Below are positions 46,375 through 55,715 of a stretch of 64,000 nucleotides of DNA, in pieces. The position numbers and the translations under genes were made by a program. The notes under the pieces are model-generated. The model made no database searches and was not told the DNA's origin. It worked only from the letters and a program-made list of their open reading frames with translations. Source of the stretch: Alphaproteobacteria bacterium (lineage in GTDB: Bacteria > Pseudomonadota > Alphaproteobacteria > Bin95); NCBI GenBank assembly GCA_965220855.1, contig CBDCQY010000001.1, forward strand, positions 2,522,120 to 2,586,119, in the 5' to 3' direction. Each line of letters starts with the position of its first letter. The stretch's first letter is position 1.

Positions 46375-48468
46375 ATGCCTGAATCCCGTCGCCCGACATC
46401 CTCCTGCCGCGTCGGTATCGATGTCGGAGGCACGTTTACGGATGTGGTGCTGGAGGCCGGGGGGTTGCGTTGCTCGGCCAAGGTGTTGACCACGCCGGAG
46501 GCCCCGGAGACCGGCGCCATCGACGGGCTGACGGAGGCGCTGGGCAAGGCCGGGCTCGGACCCGGCGATATCGGCCTCCTGCTGCACGGCACCACGCTCG
46601 CCACCAATGCGGTGCTGGAGCGGCGCGGCGCCCGGACCGCCTTCATCACCACGGAAGGCTTCCGCGACATTCTCGAAGTCGGCTATGAGAGCCGCTACGA
46701 CCAATACGACCTGATGATCGAGAAGGTGCGGCCGATCGCGCCGCGCCGGCTGCGCTTCACCCTGCCGGAGCGCATCGACGCCGGCGGCGACATCCTCCGC
46801 CCGCTCGACGAGGAGGCCGTGCGCGCGCTGGTTCCGGCGCTCGCCGACGCCGGGATCGAGAGCGTGGCGGTCGGCTTTCTGCACGCCTACGCCAACCCGG
46901 TCCACGAGCGCCGCGTCGAGGCGATCCTGGCCGAGGCGCTGCCAGACCTCTCCGTCACGCTGGCGTCCGAGGTCTGCCCCGAGGTGCGGGAATATGAGCG
47001 CTTCACCACGGCGAGCGTGAACGCCTATGTGCGCCCGCTGATGGAAGGCTATCTCGCCCGCCTGGAGGCCCTTCTGGCCGAGCTCGGCCTGCGCGCGCCG
47101 ATGCTGCTGATGACCTCCGGCGGCGGCCTGACCACCGTCGCCACGGCGCGCCGCCAGCCGGTGCGGCTGGTCGAGTCCGGCCCCGCCGGCGGCGTGCTGC
47201 TGGCCCGCGACATCGCCGCGCGCGCCGGCCTCGACAAGGTGATGTCCTTCGACATGGGCGGCACCACGGCCAAGATCTGCTTCATCGAGAATCTGGAGCC
47301 GAGACGCGCGCGCGAGTTCGAGATCGACCGCCAGGCCCGCTTCATGAAGGGCAGCGGCCTGCCGCTGCGCATCCCGGTCATCGAGATGGTGGAGATCGGT
47401 GCGGGCGGCGGCTCGGTCGCGCGGGTGGATCGGCTCGGGCGGATCGCGGTCGGGCCGGAAAGCGCGGGCGCGGAGCCGGGCCCGGCGGGCTACGGCCGCG
47501 GCGGGACAGAGGCGACGGTGACCGACGCCGACATCGCGCTCGGGCGCATCGACCCGGCCGATTTCGCCGGCGGGCGCATCCGCCTCCGCCCGGACCTCTC
47601 GACGGCGGCCATCGAGCGCAGCGTCGGCGCGCCGCTCGCGCTGGCCGCGCCCCAGGCGGCCGAGGGGGTGGTCGAGATCGTCGATGAGAACATGTCGAAC
47701 GCGGCCCGCGTGCTGGCCGTGGAGGAAGGCAAGGTCGCAGCCGAGCAGACGGTCATCGCCTTCGGCGGGGCCGCGCCGCTCCACGCCTGCCGCATCGCGG
47801 AGAAGCTCGGCATCCGGCGCATCGTCGTGCCGGTCGATGCCGGGGTCGGCTCCGCCATCGGCTTTCTGCGCGCGCCGGTGGCCTATGAAGTCGTGCGCAG
47901 CCTCCATATGCGCCTTTCGGCCCTCGACACGGAGCGCGTCAACGCGCTCATGGCCGAGATGCGCCGGGAAGCCCGCGCGGTGGTGGAATCGGGCGCGTTC
48001 GGCGCGCCGCTGACCGAGCGGCGCGTCGCCTATATGCGCTATCTGGGCCAGGGGCACGAGATCGCCGTGACGGTGGCGGCCGACGCTCTCGGCCCCGCCG
48101 ACGGGCCGGCGCTGCAGGCGGCCTACGACCGGGACTATGAGCGGCTGTTCGGGCGCACCATTCCGGGCGCCGATGTCGAGGTGCTGTCCTGGGGCCTCAC
48201 CGTCTCGACCGAGGAGCGCCTGCCGGCGGCCGAGGGCGAGGCGCGCGCCTCGACCGCCCCGGCCCCGGCCGGCTGGCGGGAGCTTCACGACCGGGCGAGC
48301 GGCGAGGCGATGCAGGCCCCGCTCTACCGGCGCGCGGCGCTCGGCGCCGGAAGCGCGCTCGACGGCCCGGCGCTGATCGTGGAAGAGCAGACGACGACCT
48401 TCGTCTCGCGGGCCTTCCGGGCCACGATCGCGCCGGGGGGCAATATCGTGCTGGAAAGACGGGAGTGA
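46375..48468 (+). CDS. Hydantoinase/oxoprolinase subunit A
   Basis: GIDVGGTFTD; HGTTLATNA; ESGPAGG; DMGGTT; EIGAGGGS. Confidence 0.93.
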   Translation: MPESRRPTSSCRVGIDVGGTFTDVVLEAGGLRCSAKVLTTPEAPETGAIDGLTEALGKAGLGPGDIGLLLHGTTLATNAVLERRGARTAFITTEGFRDILEVGYESRYDQYDLMIEKVRPIAPRRLRFTLPERIDAGGDILRPLDEEAVRALVPALADAGIESVAVGFLHAYANPVHERRVEAILAEALPDLSVTLASEVCPEVREYERFTTASVNAYVRPLMEGYLARLEALLAELGLRAPMLLMTSGGGLTTVATARRQPVRLVESGPAGGVLLARDIAARAGLDKVMSFDMGGTTAKICFIENLEPRRAREFEIDRQARFMKGSGLPLRIPVIEMVEIGAGGGSVARVDRLGRIAVGPESAGAEPGPAGYGRGGTEATVTDADIALGRIDPADFAGGRIRLRPDLSTAAIERSVGAPLALAAPQAAEGVVEIVDENMSNAARVLAVEEGKVAAEQTVIAFGGAAPLHACRIAEKLGIRRIVVPVDAGVGSAIGFLRAPVAYEVVRSLHMRLSALDTERVNALMAEMRREARAVVESGAFGAPLTERRVAYMRYLGQGHEIAVTVAADALGPADGPALQAAYDRDYERLFGRTIPGADVEVLSWGLTVSTEERLPAAEGEARASTAPAPAGWRELHDRASGEAMQAPLYRRAALGAGSALDGPALIVEEQTTTFVSRAFRATIAPGGNIVLERRE

Positions 48469-48479
48469 GAGGCCGGGCG

Positions 48480-50147
48480 ATGGCGAAGAGCGACGGACTG
48501 GATGTCATCACCCGGCAGGTGATGTGGAACCGGCTGATCTCGGTGGTGGAAGAGCAGGCGCAGACCCTGCTCCGCACCGCATTCAGCCCGATCGTGCGCG
48601 AATGCGGCGACCTTTCCGCCGGCGTTTTCGACCTCAGGGGCCGGATGCTGGCCCAGGCGGTGACCGGCACGCCCGGCCATGTCAATTCCATGGCCGAGGC
48701 GGTGGGGCATTTCATCCGCCATTTCCCGATCCGGGAGATGAACGAGGGCGACATCTACATCACCAACGACCCCTGGATGGGCACCGGGCATCTCAACGAC
48801 TTCGTGCTGACCACGCCCTGCTTCCGCCGGGGGCGGATCGTCGGCCTGTTCTCCTGCACCTCGCACCTCACCGATATCGGCGGCATCGGCGTCGGCCCGG
48901 ACGCCACCGACGTGCATATGGAGGGCCTCTACATCCCGATGCTGAAGCTCGCCGACCGCGGCCGGATCGACGCCACGCTGATGGCGATGGTGCGGCGCAA
49001 CACGCGCGAGCCGGTGGAGTGCGAGGGCGATGTCTATTCGCTCGCGGCCTGCAACGAGGTGGGCTGCCGGCGGCTGGTGGAGATGATGGACGAGTTCGCC
49101 CTGGAGGACCTGGACGCGCTCGGCGAGCATATCGTCTCCAGCTCGCGCCGGGCGGTGCTGGCGGAAGTCGCGGCCCTGCCGGCCGGGGTCTATCGCAACG
49201 CCATGACCGTGGACGGCTACGACCGGCCGATCGACCTGGTCGCGACCCTGGAGATCGGCCCGGACGGCGTCCATGTCGATTATGACGGCACCTCGCCCCA
49301 GTCGCGCTACGGCGTGAATGTGCCGATGGCCTACACCACGGCCTACACCAGCTTCGGCCTCGGCTGCGCGATCGCGCCGGGCGTGCCGAACAATGCGGGC
49401 TCGCTCTCCGCCTTCCGGGTGACGGCCCCGGAGCGCTCGATCCTGAATGCGCCCTACCCGGCGGCGGTCTGCGCCCGCCATCTGCTGGGCCAGCTCTTGC
49501 CCGACGTCGTGTTCGGCTGCCTGGAGAAGGCGGCCCCGGAGCGCGTGCCGGCGGAAGGCGCCTCGGCGCTCTGGAACCTGACCTTCCGGGGCGACCGGGG
49601 CGCGAACGAGCCGAGCCTCTTTGCCTTCACCGCCGTCACCAACGGCGGCACCGGCGCCCGCGGCGTGAAGGACGGCCTGAATGGCACCGCCTATCCGAGC
49701 GGCGTCAAGGGCACGCCGGTCGAGATCGTCGAGACGATGACGCCGGTCTTGTTCCGCCGCAAGGAGCTGCGCACGGACTCCGCCGGCCCCGGAACCTGGC
49801 GGGGCGGGGCCGGGCAGACCATCGAGGTCGAGTCCGCCAACGGTCGCGACATGGAGCTGCTGGCGGCCTATGAGCGCATCGACAATCCGGCGCGCGGGCG
49901 GGCCGGCGGCGGCGGCGGCGAGCCGGGCGCGGTGTTCCTGGCGTCGGGCAGGCGGCTCCGGGGCAAGGGCGCGCAGACGATCCCGGCCGGCGAACGGCTG
50001 GTGCTTCACACGCCGGGCGGCGGCGGCCACGGCCCCGCCGGAGACCGCGCGCGCGAGGCCGTGGCGGCGGACCTGGAGGACGGGCTGGTGAGCGAGGCCT
50101 CGGCCCGGAGGGACTATGGCTGGCGGGGAGCGCCGGTCAGCCCTTGA
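48480..50147 (+). CDS. Hydantoinase B/oxoprolinase subunit
   Basis: RTAFSPIVRECGD; TNDPWMGTGHLND; HLTDIGG; TPGGGG. Confidence 0.93.
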   Translation: MAKSDGLDVITRQVMWNRLISVVEEQAQTLLRTAFSPIVRECGDLSAGVFDLRGRMLAQAVTGTPGHVNSMAEAVGHFIRHFPIREMNEGDIYITNDPWMGTGHLNDFVLTTPCFRRGRIVGLFSCTSHLTDIGGIGVGPDATDVHMEGLYIPMLKLADRGRIDATLMAMVRRNTREPVECEGDVYSLAACNEVGCRRLVEMMDEFALEDLDALGEHIVSSSRRAVLAEVAALPAGVYRNAMTVDGYDRPIDLVATLEIGPDGVHVDYDGTSPQSRYGVNVPMAYTTAYTSFGLGCAIAPGVPNNAGSLSAFRVTAPERSILNAPYPAAVCARHLLGQLLPDVVFGCLEKAAPERVPAEGASALWNLTFRGDRGANEPSLFAFTAVTNGGTGARGVKDGLNGTAYPSGVKGTPVEIVETMTPVLFRRKELRTDSAGPGTWRGGAGQTIEVESANGRDMELLAAYERIDNPARGRAGGGGGEPGAVFLASGRRLRGKGAQTIPAGERLVLHTPGGGGHGPAGDRAREAVAADLEDGLVSEASARRDYGWRGAPVSP

Positions 50148-51441
50148 GCTCGATATTGTCGGGCAGGAAGGTGACGATCTCGGGGAAGACCGTGATCAAC
50201 AGCGCCATGCCCGCCATGATGAAGAAGAAGGGCAGCGTGGCGAGCGCGATGCGGCCGATCCTCTCTCCGGTCATGCCCTGGATGACGAACAGGTTGAAGC
50301 CGACCGGCGGAGTGATCTGCGCCATCTCCACGACGATCACCAGGAAGATGCCGAACCACACCTTGTCGAAGCCCGCCTGCGTCACCAGCGCCAGCGTGAT
50401 CGGCAGGGTCATGACGATGCTCGACATGCCCTCCAGCACGCAGCCGAGTATGGCGTAGAAGACCAGCAACAGCATGATCAGGCCGAAGGGCGAGAGGCCG
50501 AGCCCGGCGATCTCGCCGGCGATGATGCGCGGCACGCCCAGATAGCCGATGGCGATCGACAGGAAATAGGCGCCGGCCACGATCAGGCCGATCATCGAGA
50601 TGGTGCGCACGGCCCCGAAACAGGCCTGGCGGAGATTGCCGTAGGTGAGCGTGCCCTGCAGGCCGCTGACGATGAGCGCGCCGACCACCCCGACGGCCGC
50701 GGCCTCCGAGGGGCTGGCGATGCCGCCATACATGGAGCCGAGCACCATGAGGATCAGGAACACGACCGGCCCGAGATGGCGGAGGCCCGCAAGCCGCTCG
50801 CGCATCGGCACCCGCAGCTCCTCGCCCGAGACCATGGCGGGCCGCGCGATGGTGCGCAGCGCGATATAGAGCATGTAGCCGAGCGCCAGCAGCAGCCCCG
50901 GAACCACGCCGGCGATGAACAGCTTGAGGATCGAGGTTTCCGAGAGCACGCCATAGACGATCAGCACCAGGCTCGGCGGGATCAGCAGGCCGAGCGTGCC
51001 GGCCCCGGCGAGCGAACCCATCGCCAGGTCGCGGTCGTAGCCGCGCCGGAAAAGTTCGGTGAGCGTGATGCGCCCGACCGTGGCCGTGGTGGCGGCCGAC
51101 GAGCCGGAAATGGCGGCAAAGAGCGTGCAGCCCAGCACATTGACATGCAGCAGACGGCCCGGCAGGCGGGTCGTCCAGGGCGTGATGCCGGCGAACAGCG
51201 TCTCCGACAGCCGGGTGCGAAAGAGGATTTCCGCCATCAGGATGAACATCGGCAGCGCCAGCAATTCGGGCGTCGTGGTGACGTTCCAGACCATCTGGGG
51301 GAGCAGCTTCTCGACCGGCATCGAGCGGAAGACGCCGAGCGAAATCAGGCCGACGGAGATCAGCGAGATGGCGACCCACACGCCGGCGGCGAGCGTGACC
51401 GCCAGCAGGCCCAGGACCGTGAAGACGATGGCGGTGGTCAT
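50137..51441 (-). CDS. dctM: TRAP transporter large permease
   Basis: LLALPMFILM; SGSSAAT; GTLGLLIPPS; ITPPVGFNLF. Confidence 0.92.
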   Translation of the reverse strand: MTTAIVFTVLGLLAVTLAAGVWVAISLISVGLISLGVFRSMPVEKLLPQMVWNVTTTPELLALPMFILMAEILFRTRLSETLFAGITPWTTRLPGRLLHVNVLGCTLFAAISGSSAATTATVGRITLTELFRRGYDRDLAMGSLAGAGTLGLLIPPSLVLIVYGVLSETSILKLFIAGVVPGLLLALGYMLYIALRTIARPAMVSGEELRVPMRERLAGLRHLGPVVFLILMVLGSMYGGIASPSEAAAVGVVGALIVSGLQGTLTYGNLRQACFGAVRTISMIGLIVAGAYFLSIAIGYLGVPRIIAGEIAGLGLSPFGLIMLLLVFYAILGCVLEGMSSIVMTLPITLALVTQAGFDKVWFGIFLVIVVEMAQITPPVGFNLFVIQGMTGERIGRIALATLPFFFIMAGMALLITVFPEIVTFLPDNIELKG

Positions 51442-51456
51442 GGCGGCGCGGGCCTT

Positions 51457-51981
51457 CTATTCGACGCTGTAGGAGCGCATCGCTTCGCGGTCGTCCGGCG
51501 GATCGCCGATGACGAGCCGGATCAGCCGCACGATCATCTGCAGCGCGAGCAGCACCGCGCCCACCGCCAGCGCCGAGGTCGGATAGACCAGCGGCACGGC
51601 CACCACGGTGAAGGAAGTGCTGCCGGCGTCCCAGGCCCGCCAGGCGAACAGCACCAGCGACCAGGCCAGATAGCAGGTGATGGCGGTGCCGAAGACGGTG
51701 GCGACGAACTCGGTGATGCGCGCCACATGGGCGTTGCGGCTGGTGGTGAGGAAGGCGACGCGCACCTGCCCGCCGGTCCGCAGCGTGAAGGCGGCGCCCA
51801 GAAAGATGGCCGCGCCCAGGAAATAGGCGCTGTATTCCCAGGCGAAGCTGAGCGAGATGTTGAAGAAGCTGCGGCAGACGACCTCGGCGATGATCAGCGC
51901 GACGATGCCGACCACCAGCAGCACGGCGATCACGCCGGCAAGCCGGGATGCGGCGTCGACGGCGCTCAGGATTGCCCGCAC
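51457..51981 (-). CDS. dctQ: TRAP transporter small permease
   Basis: Four TM segments; FLGAAFTLRTGGQVRV; lies between dctP and dctM. Confidence 0.88.
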   Translation of the reverse strand: MRAILSAVDAASRLAGVIAVLLVVGIVALIIAEVVCRSFFNISLSFAWEYSAYFLGAAIFLGAAFTLRTGGQVRVAFLTTSRNAHVARITEFVATVFGTAITCYLAWSLVLFAWRAWDAGSTSFTVVAVPLVYPTSALAVGAVLLALQMIVRLIRLVIGDPPDDREAMRSYSVE

Positions 51982-52042
51982 CGGCCCCTCCTCGCGAGCG
52001 GCTCCCCGGCCGGGCCGGGGAGCCGCGCCGCCATCTTGCGGG

Positions 52043-53035
52043 TCAGCGTCCGACAGCCGCGAAAAAGGCTTCCAGAACCTCTTTCGCCTTTGGAGTGGCG
52101 TCCATGAAGCTGGCCACCATCGGCAGGGTCGCGTCCTGCATGCCCTTCAGCATTTCGGGAGTGACCACGCCCATGGCGACGCCATTGTCGTTCAGGATCT
52201 TCGACTTGGCCTCGTCCTCCATGCGGCTCACATCCCAGAACTGCGGCTCCAGGCGCATCGCGACCGCCTCGATCGCCATGCGGTCGGCCTCGTCGAGGGC
52301 CGCCCAGGCGTCGAGATTGACATTGACCATGTTGGAGCCCCAGACATGGTTGGTCGGATACATGAACTTCAGGAACTCCCAGAACTTGCCGTCCACGCCG
52401 GAACTGGACGAGGTGGTGACCGCGTCGATGGTGCCGGCGGCGAGCGAGGGCACGACCTCGCCCCAGGGCAGCTGCACCGCCGTCATGCCGATGGCGTTGA
52501 ACAGCGCCGTAGTGGTCTTGTTGTAGGTGCGGATCTTGATGCCCGCCAAGTCCTCGAGCTTCGCGATCGGCACCTTGGTGTAAACATACTGGCGGGGCCA
52601 GGGCACCATATAGAGGACCTTCTGGTTGAAGCGCGCCGCGACCTCGCCCAGCACCGGGCGGAAATGCTCATGCAGCACCCGGAGCTCGTCGAAGCCGGAG
52701 ACGACATAGGGCTGCGCCTCGATGCCGATGACCGGCGCCTCGCCGACCTGCTGGTTCAGCAGGATATCGCCGATGGGCACCAGGCCGTCGCGCACTGCGG
52801 TCAGCATCTCCGGCCCCTTGAAGCCGAGCGAGCCGCCCGGATGAATGTTGATCTTGACGCGGCCCTCGGTGGCCTTCTCGACCTCGGCGGCGAAGACCTT
52901 GGCGTTCTCGACGTGGAAATTGCCGTCCGGCCAGGCCAGCGGCAGATCCCACTCCGCCGCCGACAGCGCGGTGGCGCCGAACGACAGCAGCGCGGCCGTT
53001 ACGGTCACGGGCAAAACCCGACGCAGTGCGCTCAT
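52043..53035 (-). CDS. dctP: TRAP transporter substrate-binding protein
   Basis: Signal peptide; HPGGSLG; LAGIKIR; WGEVVPSLAAGTIDA. Confidence 0.9.
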   Translation of the reverse strand: MSALRRVLPVTVTAALLSFGATALSAAEWDLPLAWPDGNFHVENAKVFAAEVEKATEGRVKINIHPGGSLGFKGPEMLTAVRDGLVPIGDILLNQQVGEAPVIGIEAQPYVVSGFDELRVLHEHFRPVLGEVAARFNQKVLYMVPWPRQYVYTKVPIAKLEDLAGIKIRTYNKTTTALFNAIGMTAVQLPWGEVVPSLAAGTIDAVTTSSSSGVDGKFWEFLKFMYPTNHVWGSNMVNVNLDAWAALDEADRMAIEAVAMRLEPQFWDVSRMEDEAKSKILNDNGVAMGVVTPEMLKGMQDATLPMVASFMDATPKAKEVLEAFFAAVGR

Positions 53036-53158
53036 GATATATCCTCCTTGCGATTGCGCCCCTCGACCCGCGCGACGGCGCGCTTCGGGCGCTTGCCCGA
53101 ACCGGCCGTCACGGGTAGCGCAACACTCGCCCGGCCGGGGCTTGCTGTCAAATGCGGG

Positions 53159-53764
53159 CTAGAGCGCCAGCGCCTTCTGCAGGGCCGGGCGAGCCTTCAG
53201 GCGCTCGTTATAGGCCTTCGCCGCCGGCAGTTCCGACAGATCGACGCCCATTCGTTCGCACATGAGGCAGGCATGGCCGGTGATCGTGTCGGCGGCGGTG
53301 AACTCGCCCGCCAGATAGTCGCGGTCCGCCATATGCGCATCGAGGGCCTGCAGCACCCGGCCCATCAGCCGGAGCGCCCGCCTGGCGTGCTCCTCCGAGC
53401 GGCGGTCGGGCGGCAGCAGCAGGGTTTCCACGACATAATTGTTCATCGGCCCCATGATCATGCCCTCGCCGTAATGCAGCCATTGCAGATAGGTCGGGAA
53501 GGACGGGGAGGCGGCGTCCGGGGCGAGGCGCCCCTGGCCGTAGCGCGCCACCAGATATTGCGCGATGGCCGTGCTTTCGGAAATGCGCACATCGCCATCG
53601 TCCAGCACCGGGACGCGTCCGTTGGGGCTGACGGCGGTGAATTCGGGCGCGCGCATCGCCTTGTCGCCGATCTTGAACCGCTCCAGCTCGAAGTCGAGGC
53701 CGAGTTCGTAGAGCAGCCAGGCGGTGCGCACGGCGCGGGAGTTGGGGGCGAAATAGAGCTTCAT
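53159..53764 (-). CDS. Glutathione S-transferase family protein
   Basis: PNSRA; SPNGRVPVL; ESTAI; FTAAD. Confidence 0.9.
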   Translation of the reverse strand: MKLYFAPNSRAVRTAWLLYELGLDFELERFKIGDKAMRAPEFTAVSPNGRVPVLDDGDVRISESTAIAQYLVARYGQGRLAPDAASPSFPTYLQWLHYGEGMIMGPMNNYVVETLLLPPDRRSEEHARRALRLMGRVLQALDAHMADRDYLAGEFTAADTITGHACLMCERMGVDLSELPAAKAYNERLKARPALQKALAL

Positions 53765-53789
53765 GGGGTCTTTCCTCGGTTCGGACGGG

Positions 53790-54554
53790 TCAACTGTTCC
53801 ACCAGGGCATGTCGTTGAAGGAGCGCAGATCGATCTCGTTCGTCCAGGTGGAGCGGTGCTGATGCGCCAGATGGACATAGGTGTCGGCGATCTTCTCCGG
53901 CAGCATGAGGCCGTCATGCTCCAGGCCGCGCGTCTCGCGCAGCGCGCGATATTTCTCCGGCCCCAGCATCTTGCCGAGCGTGTCCGGGGCATCGACGGAA
54001 CCGTCCACCAGGATATGGACGATGTGGACGCCGCGCGGGCCGAACTCGGCGTTCAGCGTCTGGCAGAGCATGCGCCGCCCGGCCATGGAGGCCGCGTGCG
54101 AGTGCTGGCCCTTGTTGCCGCGCACGGCGGCGGTCGAGGAGGTGACCAGGATGACGCCGTCGCCGCGCTCCGCCATGCGCGGGCAGACGGCCGACGCGGC
54201 GCGGAACAGGCCGAAGGTCGCCATGCGCCAGCCCAGCTCGAAAAGCTTGTAGCCGGTCGCCTCCAGGCTGCGGTCGCCGACCTGCGAGCCCAGATTGTAG
54301 AGCACGACCCGGATCGGCCCGATCTCCGCCTCGATGGCGGCGATGCGCTCCTCGATGCTGTCCGGCTCGACGGCGTTGAGCAGATAGCCGCTGGCGTCGC
54401 CGCCCTCGCTGCGGATGGCTTCCACCAGCCGGTTCAGGCCCTCCTCGTCGCTGCGCCGGCAGAGCACGGCGTGATAGCCCTCTTGCGCGAAGCGCCGGCC
54501 GGCGGTTCCGCCGATTCCGGCCCCGGCGCCGATCACCAGGCAAACGGGTTTCAT
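53790..54554 (-). CDS. Atypical SDR family oxidoreductase
   Basis: GAGAGIG; TSSTAAVRG; the canonical YxxxK is not evident. Confidence 0.85.
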   Translation of the reverse strand: MKPVCLVIGAGAGIGGTAGRRFAQEGYHAVLCRRSDEEGLNRLVEAIRSEGGDASGYLLNAVEPDSIEERIAAIEAEIGPIRVVLYNLGSQVGDRSLEATGYKLFELGWRMATFGLFRAASAVCPRMAERGDGVILVTSSTAAVRGNKGQHSHAASMAGRRMLCQTLNAEFGPRGVHIVHILVDGSVDAPDTLGKMLGPEKYRALRETRGLEHDGLMLPEKIADTYVHLAHQHRSTWTNEIDLRSFNDMPWWNS

Positions 54555-54581
54555 CTGAGGCTGCTCCTTGCGCTCGGTCTG

Positions 54582-54977
54582 TCAGACGGCGGCGGCGCCC
54601 ACGCGCGCGCAGTCCTCGTCTTCCTCGCCCGTGCCGCCGCCGACGCCGCAGGCGCCGACGACCTGGCCGTCATGCAGGATCGGCACGCCGCCCTTGCCGA
54701 GGATCATGCGCCCGCCATCGGCCGCGACGATGCCCCGGAAGGTCGGATGGTCGGCGCGCTCGGTCAGGTCGCCGCTCGGCCGGGCGAAGGCGGCGGAGGC
54801 GGCGGCCTTGCCCTGCGAGCCATAGACGGCGGCCCAGATCGCGCCGTCCATGCGCTGGAAGGCGACAAGACGCCCGCCCGCATCCGCCACCGAGACGCAG
54901 ATGCGGATGCCGAGACGCTCGGCCTCGGCGATGGCGGCCGCGGCGACGCGGTTGGCTTGCTGGAGGGTGAGCGGCAT
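54582..54977 (-). CDS. GlcG/HbpS family heme-binding protein
   Basis: VADAGG.LVAFQRMDGA; GGVPI; GACGVGGG..EEDE. Confidence 0.88.
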   Translation of the reverse strand: MPLTLQQANRVAAAAIAEAERLGIRICVSVADAGGRLVAFQRMDGAIWAAVYGSQGKAAASAAFARPSGDLTERADHPTFRGIVAADGGRMILGKGGVPILHDGQVVGACGVGGGTGEEDEDCARVGAAAV

Positions 54978-55139
54978 GACGGTCTCCGGATCGTGGAGGT
55001 TCGACTCCCCGCCTGTATAGAGCCTGTCCGCTCCATACGGAAACGCGGTTGTTGCGCCGCGCCGAAGTCGCGCCTGGCGATTACCCTGTCGCGGATGGGC
55101 GTGGCCGGAAGCCCGCAGCAGCCGGAAGCCGGGCTTGAT

Positions 55140-55152
55140 TCCACGCTGTGGA
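55140..55152. promoter_or_regulatory. Palindromic TA operator candidate within a putative promoter
   Basis: TCCAC-GCT-GTGGA directly after TTGATT and upstream of the antitoxin ATG; extra GTGGA half-site at 55167. Confidence 0.45.
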
Positions 55153-55157
55153 GATGT

Positions 55158-55391
55158 ATGCAAAGTGTGGACAACCCGCTCCGCTGCAATCTCCGGGTTA
55201 TCGAGCGAATGAACGAAGATCGCAAATCGTTGACGAATTCCGACCGCAACCGGCCGGTCAACGCCCCGTCGCCACGCGAGCAGGCCGACCGCACTGTTCC
55301 GTTGATCGGAGCGCTGCGCGGATCGGTAATCGCCTATGACGACCCGTTCGATCCGGCCGTCGATCCGGCCGATTGGACGGCGCTCCGATGA
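55158..55391 (+). CDS. Phd/YefM-like antitoxin, possibly degenerate
   Basis: MQSV..LR.NL.VIERMNEDRKSL..DRNRPV; C-terminal LRGSVIAYDDPFDP; GGAG RBS; ATGA overlap with a PIN gene start. Confidence 0.6.
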   Translation: MQSVDNPLRCNLRVIERMNEDRKSLTNSDRNRPVNAPSPREQADRTVPLIGALRGSVIAYDDPFDPAVDPADWTALR

Positions 55392-55470
55392 TTGTTCTCG
55401 ACACTCACGCCCTCGTCCGGGTTATCTCCGACAATACGCATCTCAGCGATCACGCCTTTGACGCCTGCTC
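55388..55470 (+). pseudogene. Truncated VapC/PIN toxin
   Basis: MIVLDTHAL..LS..A PIN N-terminus; similarity lost after about 25 codons. Confidence 0.65.
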
Positions 55471-55496
55471 CCCGGTCCCCCATATTCATGTCGTAC

Positions 55497-55544
55497 ACCC
55501 CGGACCCGCCTCTGCCGCTCGGTATGCGCCCGGGGTTCTTTTTT
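55497..55544 (+). terminator. Intrinsic terminator-like hairpin
   Basis: ACCCCGG...CCGGGGT stem followed by TCTTTTTT. Confidence 0.45.
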
Positions 55545-55639
55545 GGAGGCTGGGCTCGGTCGTCACGGTTCGGCCTCGCCGCCGCTTCGGTCTCGGCGAT
55601 GCGCCGGAGGCCCCCTCATGGCGGCAGCCCTGGACTGGA

Positions 55640-55680
55640 ATTTGGCCTAATTCAAAATCCGATTTTGAATTAGGCCAAAT
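55640..55680. repeat. Perfect 41-bp AT-rich palindrome (20-bp arms, 1-nt centre); REP/MITE-like
   Basis: ATTTGGCCTAATTCAAAATC-C-GATTTTGAATTAGGCCAAAT; outer CTGGAAT...ATTCCAG pair. Confidence 0.85.
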
Positions 55681-55715
55681 GCCGAACCGATTCCAGCCGC
55701 GCCGCAGCCCCGAAC

